From assembly GCF_030144855.1 (NCBI RefSeq), contig NC_082719.1, positions 28,024,001-28,088,000 of the forward strand: a stretch of 64,000 nucleotides of DNA, in the 5' to 3' direction. The notes beneath the pieces are model-generated. The model worked only from the letters and a program-made list of their open reading frames with translations. It had not been told where the DNA came from and searched no databases. The stretch is from Hypanus sabinus. Its lineage: Eukaryota. This document shows positions 24,251 through 36,380 of this stretch, piece by piece (positions within the stretch are counted from its first letter, which is position 1; the number at the start of each line of letters is the position of its first letter). A program made the position numbers and the translations under genes.

Positions 24251-25003
24251 TGTTATGACTGTGACTAAAATCACTAGAGAGACACTGAAGATGGTGATAT
24301 AGCAGTCTTTATTCGTAACAACAGATGTCAGTCTGGAGACACTCTCAGTAGAGTCTCACAAACTCAAAAGTACATCACATTTTTTTTATATCCCTGAGAT
24401 CTAAGATCACGGGTGATTCAATACAATTTCAGTACTTACAATGACATTATATACTTCAGCAGTTTGGATCGACAAATTGTTCCTTTGAGAGACATAGTGG
24501 AAGCACATTTAATTGATAAGACACCTCTGAAGGTCCAATTGTCTTTAGGAGAAACTAGTTAACACAAATATCCTAAAACCTTTTGACAACAGAGAGTCAG
24601 ACCCCGAACATTACTGTTGCCAGAGCTGTCTCTGAATACGCAAATATGGGAAGTATACAAAAACTATTGATTGCCTATACCTATGACCATATTTGATATG
24701 TTAAGTGACAACATCCATCTGGTCTACCAGCTTGACCTCTAGTCACAATGGTGCAGATAACTTAGCCAGTTGCCTGGTTTGATGCGAGCCAATGAACACA
24801 ACTCCATGATTTTAACAATCGGCTCTTGCATATGCAATCTCTCGGTCTGTGAAGCAGCCTGTGCTTTTTAACTTTAATTTACTGTCTGCAATTTACAAAA
24901 AAAAACTGAAGGCTAGTTGCAAACTTCCTTAACTTAAATACAATTACAAAGGAACTGAAGCCTGGATCTCATTTGAATTAATATCTGCTATATTCACATA
25001 ACT
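24251..25003 (-). repeat. ERV 5' LTR (about 750 bp)
   Basis: tgttatg...cataac termini; minus-strand AATAAA (24313-24308) and TATAAAA (24390-24384); adjacent PBS. Confidence 0.8.
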
Positions 25004-25439
25004 CCAGAATACTCCCAAACAGCAGCCAAGTATCAATTCAGGTGCTTGACACCTGATCACCAGTCATACTTTGCATTGCCCCGTGCGGCAGAGAATCGTC
25101 AAAGCTTGCCCTCTGTTTCTATAATAGGTTTGTGTGAGTAGTGAATTTAGAAGCAGTGCAGTGAGTGACCTTGTTGCAGCTGTGTTTACATTATAATCTC
25201 AGCTCAATAACTTTCTGGGTGTTTACAGCTTTTTATTTACGGTTTAATGGCTGTTAGCAAATCTAAAATTATAAGTTTTTATTTGTATATGTCACACAAA
25301 TTTAGTAATAACGATAAAATCTGATGTGCAGTATTAGTTTAATTGTTAGTCATATTTTTTAAGGATATGAGTCAGTTTTTCTAAAAAAACGTATGCAGGG
25401 CTTCAGTAGCAGAAAATTTAACTTTTTTATGTCTTTCAG

Positions 25440-25599
25440 TTGGATGTAGGCAGTTACAAGATCTAGAGGTTACTCATGTGGAAGTTGATCCATGTGGAGA
25501 TGCCCAGTGTGCAGCAGAAGGATCTGTTTTGGGTTTATTTGAATATAATGAGCTAAAGAAGAAAAAGAAAACAGCGGTCACTGTCAAACCATATGGAAG
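25440..25599 (+). CDS. LAP3: LAP3 coding exon 5
   Basis: GCRQLQDLEVTHVEVDPCGDAQCAAEGSVLGLFEYNELKKKKKTAVTVKPYG, ag/gt bounded, 160 nt. Confidence 0.97.
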
Positions 25600-26167
25600 G
25601 TATTGAAGTATTTTGTATATACAGAAACCCTGCTATTTTATAAAGAATTTTTTTTCAACAAAGTACTTAATTACTAATATTTTGCTGGGTTCTTATTTTA
25701 ACCAAAATCTAAACATAGCAGGATTTATAACTTGTTTGCATCTCTTCTTACTGATACAATGCGTTCTCTTCTGGTTTCAGTTGTGATGTTGGTTAAGATT
25801 CCTTTGAATAATGAATGTTGTCTTCAGAGAAATGGAGACTGTTCTTCTAATGTCTCCAACTACTTTTGTTTGAGATTTAAAGTAATTGCACTTTTTCTGT
25901 TTTAGTCTTATTGGTTTAAGCTTTTAAAAAATATGGTATGTAATTATTTGTCTTTAACTTTTTGTTTTATTATTTGCCACTACTGTATGTGTGTGTATGG
26001 AAATTACATAATTATTTAATAGATTAAAGTAATGAAGATTCCATAATTTGATTTTTTTCATTAATTATTCTCTTCTCAAATTAGAACTTAATTGCTTAAT
26101 ATTTTGTTCGCCATTAAATTAGGTCAAATTTAGCAGGCACTAATTGAAAATACTCTATTTTTGCTAG

Positions 26168-26332
26168 TTTGGAAAATGAAGCATGGCAAAGAGGAGTACT
26201 ATATGCAGAAGGGCAAAATTTGGCTCGGCATTTGATGGAAGCACCAGCTAATTACATAACTCCATCTAGCTTTGCAGAGATCATTCAAGAAACGCTGTAT
26301 TCTACAAGTGATAACATTAAAGTGCACATAAG
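26168..26332 (+). CDS. LAP3: LAP3 coding exon 6
   Basis: LENEAWQRGVLYAEGQNLARHLMEAPANYITPSSFAEIIQETLYSTSDNIKVHI, 165 nt. Confidence 0.97.
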
Positions 26333-26809
26333 GTAATTCCTGCATTTTGTTTTAAATAACAAAATGAAAGATAGAATTGCAGAACTGATGAAAAATAGGT
26401 ACTTTTGTAGTTGAGTATATTATTCTCAGGCATTGTTGAGCTATTAATAGTACCTGTAATTAATTATGAAGGTGAGTATTTATTGGACTTGTTTAGAGGC
26501 TTATTTATTAGTCAAGAATCTGAGAATCCAAAGTCAAATAATTAATTTCCTCAATTAAAACAAATGAAGTTTCAGTGAAAATGCCAATTTGTTGATAATC
26601 TCAGTAAGGGAAAGAAACTGTGGCTTACTTGGTCTTTCCTATTTATGACTTCAATTGTGCTGAACTGTGATTTCAATAATTGAGAAAGACACTGAAGAAA
26701 CTAGGGATAAGTCAAGCCATCACTGCCAGTATTTCCAAGAGTTAGTGAATTGAAAATAATAGGTATTCTGTCTGATACTGACATACTATTTTCCATACAT
26801 TTTTCGTAG

Positions 26810-26968
26810 ATCCAAATCCTGGATTGAGGAGCAACAGATGGGAGCTTTCCTTAGCGTAGCCAAAGGTTCAGATGAAGAGCCAGTATTTTTAGAGATTCAC
26901 TATAATGGTTCTGCAGTCCCCAGTGAATCACCATTAGTTTTTGTCGGAAAAGGTATTACATTTGACAG
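26810..26968 (+). CDS. LAP3: LAP3 coding exon 7
   Basis: SKSWIEEQQMGAFLSVAKGSDEEPVFLEIHY...LVFVGKGITFD|gtgagt; M17 metal-binding motif; 159 nt. Confidence 0.98.
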
Positions 26969-27499
26969 GTGAGTTCTGAACTTTTAGTTTTATATAAGCA
27001 TTCTTCTTTAAAACAGTTGCTAGTGTGCTGACCAAAATGTTGGAGATTAAATCAAGTTATTTATTAATGTTCTGGCATGTTCATTTTGAAGGCAAGTGTT
27101 TTAGGAGAATGCCTTTGAGAAAATTTACAATGCAAATGCATAAGCAAAATCATTATTTTCTTAATCTGAGTTCACTACTATAAGTAAGGCTTCCTATTTT
27201 TCGCAATGGTATGGTAGACCTCAGCTTGAAGTATAGGCTCTTCCCAGCACTCTTACCTGATGCAGAAATGGGATGCTGGATGTCAACAAGTATTTCAACT
27301 CAAAAAAAAAATTAATTCAACTTTTAGTTTACCTGTTTTGTTGTATAGTAGTACTAATATTCTGGGTTCTTTACAGATTTACTCTCCAGCTATAGCATTA
27401 CTTTAATAATAAATTTTGATTCTGTTGCAGAGATGTATTTTATAGTCTTCCACCTGGAATTGAGTTTAGCTAACATATTTCAACTTTTTCTTTTGTTAG

Positions 27500-27624
27500 T
27501 GGTGGAATTTCAATTAAGCCTGCATCGGGTATGGATGCAATGAGAGCAGACATGGGAGGAGCTGCAACAATCTGTTCTGCCATAATGACTATAGCATCTT
27601 TGAAACTTCCCCTTAATATTATAG
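27500..27624 (+). CDS. LAP3: LAP3 coding exon 8
   Basis: [41 protein letters not shown], 125 nt. Confidence 0.98.
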
Positions 27625-28253
27625 GTAAAATATTGTTGTATAATTCACTTGGAATAATGAAAACTTTGAGGTATTACTAAGTTGAGGATCTAGACAATTG
27701 CTGTCTGTTCCTGCACAGTATTTATTAATTTAAGAAAATGTTATTAAAAAGCCATTGAGTAGTGAATTCTTTTTTATGTACTTGTGGAGACACTATTTGC
27801 ATTAATATATTTAAAAGCTGTAAATTGTAAAGTTATGTAGCTTATTCTTGGAATACATTGTAATTTCTTGTCATTGCAAATATTCCTTTTGTCCCTATTC
27901 TTTAAAAAATGTCTTTAAAAAAAACTATGCTGGAAATCCCATTGTTACTAAGTTAGTACAGCCAAAGAAATGTTTGCCTCCAATTTTTCTACTTTGCTTT
28001 GTCCTGGAACAGGTCTTGTTCTGTTCATCTTTTGTTAACTGAATAACTTGGCTTTGAAATGTTCCCTCCCTTCCCTAGAAAGAGGGTTTGGGTCCATCTA
28101 GCCCTTCCCAGGTAGCTCTCAAATAAAGTATTCATGCTTCTCCTAGATGAACTCTTTATGACAGCAAGCACAATAGTAATAAATGGGTCTTTATTGAGTT
28201 CACTAACAGTTACTCATGACTAATGCCTTGGCCTCCAATGTATACTCACAATG

Positions 28254-28790
28254 TATACTCAGTGGCCACTTTATTACGTTTACCTGTACACGTCGCGTCA
28301 TTAATGCAAATATCTAACCACCGAATCATGTACTAGTGACGCATTGTATAAAAGCATGCTGATATGGTCAAGAGGTTCAGTTGGTGTTCAAACAAAACAT
28401 CAGAATGAGGAAAAAATGTGATCTAAGTAACCTTGATCGTGGAATGATTCTTGGTGCTAGACAGAGTGGTTTTAGTATCTCAGGTACTGCAGTGCTCTTG
28501 GAATTTTCACACAGAGCAGTCTCTAGAGTTTATAGAGAATTGCATGAAGAATGAAAAAAAACATCCAGTGAGTGGCAGTGCTGTAGGCAAAACCACTTTG
28601 TTAATGCAAGGGGCCAGAAGAGCAGAGCCAGACTGGTTCAAGCGACAGTACCTCAATAATCGAGTGTTATAATAATGGTGTCCTGAATATCATCTCTGAA
28701 CACACAATGTGTCAATCATTAAAGTAGATGAGCTACAACAGTGGAAAATCACAAACATACACTCCATGGCCATTTTATTAGGTATAAGAG
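28254..28790 (+). mobile_element. Tc1-family non-autonomous fragment
   Basis: End sequence tatactcagtggccactttatta with a similar direct copy near 28758; remnant MRKKCDLSNLDRGMILGARQSGFSISGTAVLL..SRVYRE (Tc1 HTH). Confidence 0.75.
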
Positions 28791-28794
28791 AGAT

Positions 28795-28970
28795 ATTTCT
28801 CTATTTGCACAGATTGTCATCTTTTGTACATTGGTTGTTGTCAGTCTTTATTATTCATTGATTGTATTGTATTTCTTTGTTCTTTTGTGAACGCCTTCAA
28901 GAAATTGAACCTCAAGTTAGTATATGGTGACATATGTGTCTTCATAATAAATTTATTTTTAACTTTGAAA
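28795..28970 (+). mobile_element. Rex1-type LINE 3' tail
   Basis: gtatatggtgacatatgtg..ataataaattta..aactttgaa, shared with copies near 43530-43590 and 61630-61692. Confidence 0.65.
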
Positions 28971-29054
28971 TATGCCCTCTCAGCAGGTGTTTGTACATCA
29001 GACCATGCAACAAAGTTACTGTATTGAATTGGTTTATTATTTTGTGGAAACCAC

Positions 29055-30640
29055 CGAGGAATCTCCCTTCTGTCCACAGCTGGCAAGATTATGGTGAAGA
29101 TACTGCTCAACTGGATCAAGATCATCTCAGAAGATGTGCTTCCTGAAAACCAATGTGGCTTTAGGGCTTGAAGAGCAACCACTAACATGATTTTTACTTT
29201 GAGGCAACTCCAGGAGAAGGCGGGAGAACAGCAGCAACCATTGTACATTGTCTTTGTTGATTTCTCACAAGCATTTGATATGGTAGACAGAGAAACACTC
29301 TGGGAAGTGCGCAAAACTTATGGCTATCCAGATAGGCTGGTTACGATGATCAAGTTGTTTCATGAGAACGTCTGGCAAAGTATCTATCAGAGGAGATGTC
29401 AGCAAAGCTTTCACCATCAACCACGGGGTAAAACAGGGATGCGTTCTTGATCCAACTTTGTTCACACTATATCTTGCTGCAGTTTTGAAAATAATGGACC
29501 ATAATTTAGACAAAGGTGTGTACATCAGGACTCACTCAGATGGAAAATTGTTCAACCTGTCAAGTCTCAAAGCCTCAACCAAATCAAGAGAGATATGTGT
29601 CAGAGAGCTTCTGTATGCAGACGACTCAACCCTGGTTGCTACTGAGGTTAATGTGATTCAAGAAATTGTAGACTGCTTCTCGTTTGCTGCCACTCTTTTT
29701 GGCCTAAGAATGAATGTCTCTGAAACTGAACTTCTGTACCAGCCTCCTCCTTTGTGTAGACCCAGTGAGACCCAGCCACCAGTCATAATGGTCAATGGGG
29801 TAGCGCTGAAATGTTCTGACTCTTTCACTTACTTAGGAAGCACTGTGACCAACCCCAACTCATTAGATCTGGGAGTTGAGAGGAGGAAGCACTGTGACCA
29901 ACACCAACTCATTAGATCTGGGAGTTGAGAGGAGAATTCAATCAGCTACGAAAGTCTTTGGTGCTTTGCAGAAGTGACTTTGGTCTCGCTACGACTTTAA
30001 AATGGCAACCAAGGTCAAAGTGTATAACACAGCTGTTTTACCATCTTTGCTTTATTCAGCTGAAACGATGACATTGTATTGACCAAGACACAACTCAGGA
30101 ATTTACGCCAAATATTACGCATCAAGTGGCAAGAGAGGGTACCAGATGTGGAGGTGCTCAAACGTGCTGGGACAGTCAGTGCAGAATTGCTCATCACAGC
30201 CTCTCAGCTGCATTGGACTAGTCATGTCACAAGAATGAGCAATGATCATTTACCCAAAGCGTTCTCTATGGCGAGCTACATGAAGGAAAGAGGAAGCATG
30301 GAGGTCAGAAGCTGCACTACAAAGATGTGCTCAAGTGCCATATGAAGAACACTGACATGAATGTCAACACCTGGGAGAAGGATGCTTTGGACAGAAGAAG
30401 TTGGTGCTGCATTGTCAAGAAGTCAATCCCAGCTATCGAGGAGAAAAGGAGGAAGAAATAATGAAGCAGGTCATGAACGCAGACGTTCGGTGCTAGACCA
30501 GTCAAATCACAAATGCAACCGATGTGGGAGACAGTGCCAATCCAGTGCTGGTCTTGTGGCCCATAAATGTGCCTGCAAAGACTAAACTCTCAGCACAGTC
30601 AACATCAAAATCAATGGACAGCCGAATAGGAAGATTATTT
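29055..30640 (+). mobile_element. 5'-truncated RTE-clade LINE
   Basis: RGISLLSTAGK, QCGFR, MIFTLRQLQEK, FVDFSQAFD, GVKQGCVL, LLYADD, FTYLGS, C-terminal CNRC..H zinc knuckle; 49-bp internal tandem duplication at 29835-29932. Confidence 0.92.
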
Positions 30641-30804
30641 TCATATGTACTGGGATACAATAAAAAAACTGTTCTGCATGCCCTCCATAGAGATAATTTC
30701 ATTACATCAGTACACCAAGGTAGTACGAAGTTTTAAGTAGATTTGTTTGTGCATATGGCTTACCGTATACTACACTGAGATTCATTTTCTTGATGCTTTT
30801 ACAG

Positions 30805-31180
30805 GTAGAATGAGGGCAGATCTCATTGAAACCTATTGAAAAGCCTTGATAGAGTGAAGGTGGAGAGAATGTTGCATCTAGGACCAGAGGGTACAGCCTC
30901 AGTATAGAAGGCTGTCTCTTCTATATCTACCTCTTCAACAGAGGTGACAAATTTCTTTAGCTAGAGGGTGGTGAATCTGAAATTCATTGCCACAGACGGC
31001 TGTGGAAGCCAGGTCAATGGGATATTTAAAGTGGAGGTTGATAGGTTCTTGATTAGTCGGCATCAAAGGTTATGGGGAAAAGGCACCGGAATGGGTTTCA
31101 TAGGGATAATAAATCAGCTGTGATGGATAGGCAGAGCAGACTCAATGGGTTGAAAAGCCTAGATCCTCTTTATCTTGTGA
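30805..31180 (+). mobile_element. CR1 LINE 3' fragment
   Basis: gatctcattgaaaccta..aatttctttagctagagggtggtgaatctg..aataaatcagc..gagcagactcaatggg. Confidence 0.8.
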
Positions 31181-31496
31181 TTTTATAATTTTCAACTTTG
31201 TCAATGACATAAAACTGGGTGAGTTGTGAGGAAGATGCAAAAAAAATGTCAAGGTGAAAAAGACGAGGGCAGATATAATGTGGATGAATGGGAAATTGCT
31301 CAGTTGGTAGGAGAAACAGGAAGTTAGATAATTATTTAAGTGAGAGTGGATTAAAAAACGTTATTGCAGAATGCATGTTGGTTTTTTAAAATTTCTGTCA
31401 CACCACAAACAATTACAAAAGCAGATAGTATGTTAACTTTTATTCCACAAGGTTTTGAGTAGAGGAGCAATGCTATCTTCGTACAATTATATAGGG

Positions 31497-31780
31497 CTTG
31501 AATTGAATTGACTTTATTTCTTACATCCTTCACATACATGAGAAGTAAAAACCCTTACATTATGTCTCTGTCTAAATGTGCAATCATAGTAATTTATAAT
31601 AAATAGAACAGACAATGTAATAAGAAATACACTCAAAGCAGCGTAAGTAATCCGTCTGATGGCCTGGTAGAAGAAGCTGTCCTGGTCCTTGTTGGTCTTG
31701 GCTTTTATGCAGCGGTACGATTTCCCGGATGGTAGCAGCTGGAATAGATTGTGGTTGGAGTGATCTGAGTCCCCAGTGAT
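31497..31780 (-). mobile_element. Rex1/Babar LINE 3' fragment inside an older CR1-like remnant
   Basis: HNLFQLLPSGKSYRCIKAKT..SFFYQAIR; (caatt)n tail. Confidence 0.8.
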
Positions 31781-32382
31781 TGATTTGACCATCCTTGGAG
31801 TACTATGTATACATTTGGGCTATGTCCCTAAGAAAGTTCAATAGAGTGTAAAAGTTTAATCAAGCTATTTCCCAGAATACTAGTATTTTCAATGAGAAAA
31901 GATAGACTTAAGTAGGCCTGTTTTCACTGCGGTTTACTAAACTGAAAGGGATCTTGTTGAAATTTTGACTGAGCTGCAGGGTATAGTCTTAAGATACACA
32001 GACAACATTTAGGACTTGGGTGAGAGGTTTCTTTAATTTTAGTGGTAAACTTGAGGAATTTGCTACAACAGTCCCTGGAGATCAAGTCACTGAATATATT
32101 GAAGAAAGAGCTTTCTAGACACAAAAGAATTAGGAGGGAAGGGGAGAGAACAAGAATGTAGTTTTACAATTGAGGATATGCCATGCTACTGAGTAGCACT
32201 AAACCAAAGAAAAGTGTTTTAAAATCCAGGCAATTATGTTGAAATCTAAATTTTGAAAGATTTTAAGATACTGAGTCAAAGATTTCTCTTTTCCTAATGA
32301 ATTGTAATTCTTACAGCTGGAACTTAAGGAAGATGGCATGTGTAGTGGTAAAACATTCACATGTGATTAATGTGTCTTTTAG

Positions 32383-32471
32383 GTGTGACTCCATTGTGTG
32401 AGAACATGGTGAATGGCAGGGCAAATAAACCGGGTGATGTGGTGAGAGCAAAGAATGGGAAAACTATACAG
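32383..32471 (+). CDS. LAP3: LAP3 coding exon 9
   Basis: VTPLCENMVNGRANKPGDVVRAKNGKTIQ|gtaatg, 89 nt. Confidence 0.98.
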
Positions 32472-32620
32472 GTAATGCTAAACTTATTAAAATGTTTTTC
32501 TAATAGCAAGCATAGCCATTTTCTACATGGTTACTTTTAAATGGGTATGAGGGAGTTCTGCCTTCTATATTACATGTTACAGATCTGATTTTGACATAGC
32601 TCCATATTTTCACTGTATGA

Positions 32621-32770
<150 letters not shown>

Positions 32771-32794
32771 TAAGTGCATTTGATGACAATTTTA

Positions 32795-33350
32795 GACTGT
32801 AGGATATAGGAGCAGAATTGGACCATTTGGCTGATTGGATCTGCTCAATAAATCATGGCTGATTTATTACTCTCCTCAACCCCATTTTCCTGCCTTCTAC
32901 TTGTACCCTTTGATGCCCTCATTAATCACGAACCTATCAACCTCTGCCTTAAGTATACCCAATGACATCGCCAGCTGTGGCTATGAATTTCATACATTCA
33001 GCACCCTCTGGCTAAAGGAATTTTTCCTTATCTCTTTTTTGAAGGGTTTCTTCTGAACTCCAATGTGTACAGGCCCAGAATCATCAGTCTGTACTCATAT
33101 GTAAACCCTTTCATTCCTACGATAATTCTCATGAATTCTCTATGGACCTCCTCCAATGCCAGCATATCTTTTCTTAGGTAAGAGGATCAAAACTGCTCAC
33201 AATAGTCTGACCAATACATTATAAAGCCTCAGCAGCATATCCTTGCTTTTCTATTCCAGTCCTCTCAAACTGAATGTTAACATTGCATTTGCCTTCCTTA
33301 CCACTGACTCCACCTTTAGGAAATCATGTGCAAGAACCCCTAAGTCTCAT
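32795..33350 (-). mobile_element. CR1 LINE 3' fragment
   Basis: Reverse complement resembles 30950-31170; begins gatataggagcagaattggaccatt. Confidence 0.8.
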
Positions 33351-34122
33351 TTTCTTATGGATGAGCTGGTGTGAAAATCATTCTAACTGCAGAAGGATTG
33401 TTTTGCACTGGATGCTTTCCGTGACAACTTACAAAATCTATTCAAAGCATAAAAAAAATCTATGAAACCCCGTGGTTTTCATAGATAACTGCTAAGCCAG
33501 CAGTTATTGTCCACACCACAGATGCTCTGAGAAAATACTGATGGATCTCCTTGAGTGACTGCAATCAGTGTGATATTGTGTCAAGACATTTGATGCATTA
33601 ATATGACTGACTTGATCAGTTACTTCAGAAGAGAGTTAAGAATTAGGAGTAGGTGGTTATATTGACTGTTTATTCCTCTCCATAGATGTTCTGACCTGCT
33701 GAGTTCCTCCAGTGTTTTGTGCGTGTAATTCTATATTTCTGTACTATCTTCTGCAGAATCTCTTCTGTTTATTAAGAGTAAAATACATTTATGTAACCCT
33801 GTACTGCTATACTGACCAGGGAAGAGCAGCAGGTTTATTTCCCTTAGGAAGGTTGATGAACAGTTTTGATTTAATCAAGGTTAATTACTCAAGCATTTTA
33901 TTAATTTAGAAAACTAAACTCTATTCCCTATTTCTTCTATGGTAGGATTTGAACATCTGATACCTGTTCAGTTTAATAAAATGTCCACTATAGTAGTATA
34001 ACTAAGTGACCAGAGAATTATTCGGCACATGTAAGACCATGGTTAAATAACTGAGTTGCAAGCATTAATAACACCTTTAAAATGTTCAACAGCAGTGAAT
34101 TGATTTAAGTTATTTTTAACAG

Positions 34123-34202
34123 GGGCTATGGATGTTGCCTTGGGGTCAGCAGCGACTGGAGTTTTTACCAACTCTGACTGGTTGTGGGAACACCTTAAAC
34201 AA
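34123..34202 (+). CDS. LAP3: LAP3 coding exon 11
   Basis: AMDVALGSAATGVFTNSDWLWEHLKQ|gtaaga, 80 nt. Confidence 0.98.
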
Positions 34203-34679
34203 GTAAGATTAATTTAGTTTTATGCCAAGTATTTAAGATATAATTTGTACTTCTATGAGACTAATTTAGCTTTTCTACACTTGTGGAAGAAATCCAGAGC
34301 AGAAGAATGGCGTAGATCAGAGGCAAGCATGTTCAATTCTCCCTCTCGATTAACCTACAGTTTTTTGGGGGGACTGAAAAATAGTTTGCAGTATAATTCC
34401 ATGAAACTAATTGGCCAACTTTTGCTGAATATACTGTGTAGAAATACAGTAATGGTTACAGAAATTTGTGAATAATGGTTTTCAACATCTCCATCAAATT
34501 AATTTTAAAATTTTGATATGGTTACAGAATGAATTAGTAAATTATCGCCATAATAATCAGAAGTGTTGTAAAACCATACACCGATTCATGTTGTAAATTG
34601 ATGTAGCAGTATATAGTAGGATTGATTGGAGTCAAACAAACAATGAATACATGCAACTATGGGATAGGTAGGTCGCATC

Positions 34680-34890
34680 CGGAATTATTTCCAGGTAGCA
34701 GACAATTTCCTTCCATGTTGCTCTGACATATTGGGAAATCGTGTACTAGGCAAGTTACAGCAGTGGTTTGCCTTCTGCCAGGTGAGGTTTTTTTTTAGAA
34801 ATCACCAGCTCTTAACGGGAGCTGGCTGGATTTGAACTTGGGACCTCTGGGCCAGCAAAGTCCAGTGCTGATGCCACTATGCCACTACAG
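34680..34890 (-). mobile_element. tRNA-headed SINE with RTE-related body
   Basis: Minus strand has A/B-box-like head (gtggcatagtgg..agttcaaatcc) then ggcaaaccactgctgtaacttgcc, resembling RTE/BovB 5' sequence. Confidence 0.55.
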
Positions 34891-34959
34891 TTCACTAGTT
34901 TGAATGTTGGCCTCATCAAACTCAGAATGGTGTAGCGTTATTGTAATGGAATATCTGAA

Positions 34960-36380
34960 TATAGAGTCATTGAGCACTACAGTACAGAAACAGGTCATTT
35001 TGCCCATCTAGAAATGCCACCTATATTTCTGCCCAGTCCCATCAACTTGCACACATACCATGGCCCGCCATATCCCTTCAGATCATGTAGCTATTTAATT
35101 TTCTCTTAAATTTTGAAATCAAACTAGCATCCACTACTTCCGCTGGCAGCTCTGTCCACACTGTCACCACTCCCAAGTGAAGAAGTTCCTCCTCGTGTTC
35201 CCATTAAACATTTCAAAGTAAATTTATTATCAAAGTACATATATGTCACCAGAGATTCATTTTCTAATGGGGATACCTCAGTAAATCCATAATAGAATAA
35301 TAACCGTAATAAAATCAATGAAAGAGGGCATTGAAAGAATGCCCAACTGGACATTCAACCAGTGTGCAAAAGACAACAAACTCTGCAAATACAAAAAGAA
35401 ATAAATAATAATTTTCATCTTTCACCCTTAACCCATGACCTCTAATTCTAGTCTCACCCAACCTCATTCTCCTAAACTGTAGGGAATAAATTCCTAACCA
35501 TTCAACCTTTCCATATAACTCAGGTCCTTAAATCCCAGCAACATCCTTGGAAATTTTCTGTGCACTTATTATAACTTCCCTGTAGGTAGGTGACCCGAAC
35601 TGCACACAGAACTCTAAATTAGGTCTCACCAGTCTTTTACAAATTGAACATAACATCCTAACTCCTGTACTCAGTATTTTATTCCCAGATCCTTCTGTTC
35701 TACTGCACTGCAGCCCAACCGCTTATTGTGTATATCCTACCCGGGTTTGTCCTCCTAGAGTGCAACACTTCACACTTGTCTGCATTAAATTCCATCTGCC
35801 ATTGTCCAGGTCCCACTACAAGCTTTGATAGCTTTCCTCGCTGTCCACTCGGCCCCCAGTCCACATATTTGCGTTATCATCCAGGTCATTGATATAGATG
35901 ACGAACAACAGCTGAGGAAGCACTGATTCCTCCAGCATCCTGCATCACAGGCCTCCAGTCAGAGAGGCAACCATCTGCTATCACTCTCTCCGGCTTCTCC
36001 CGCAAAGCCAATGTAGGCTTTGCTAAAAATCTATGTAGAAAGCAACCACTTCCTTGGCTTCATCAGCTTTTCTGGTAACTTGTCAAAAAACTATAAGATT
36101 GGTTAGACAAGACCTACGATGCACAAAGCCATGTTGACTATCCCTAATCAACTTCCGTCTATTCAAATACTTGTATATCTCGTTCCTTAGAATACCTTCC
36201 AACTACTGATGTCAGACTTGGTTGTCTGTAATTTCCTGGTTTATTCAATAATGGAACAGTATTAGCTAACACCCATTTCTCCTATGGTTTATTAAGCTTT
36301 CAATATCTCTGCTAGTGGCCTGCAATTTCTGCACCAGCTTCCCACAATTTACCTGAACAGTAAACACCTCCTCCTCCATA
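34960..36380 (-). mobile_element. CR1 LINE fragment with nested Rex1-type tail (about 35210-35410)
   Basis: Reverse of the CR1 family at 14890-17530 (gcattaaattccatctgccatt; cacaaagccatgttgactatccct). Confidence 0.8.

Noticed and set aside
34810-34890. tRNA gene (also 13930-14010 and 57519-57590)
   Set aside because: Degenerate A/B boxes fused to SINE bodies; no complete cloverleaf
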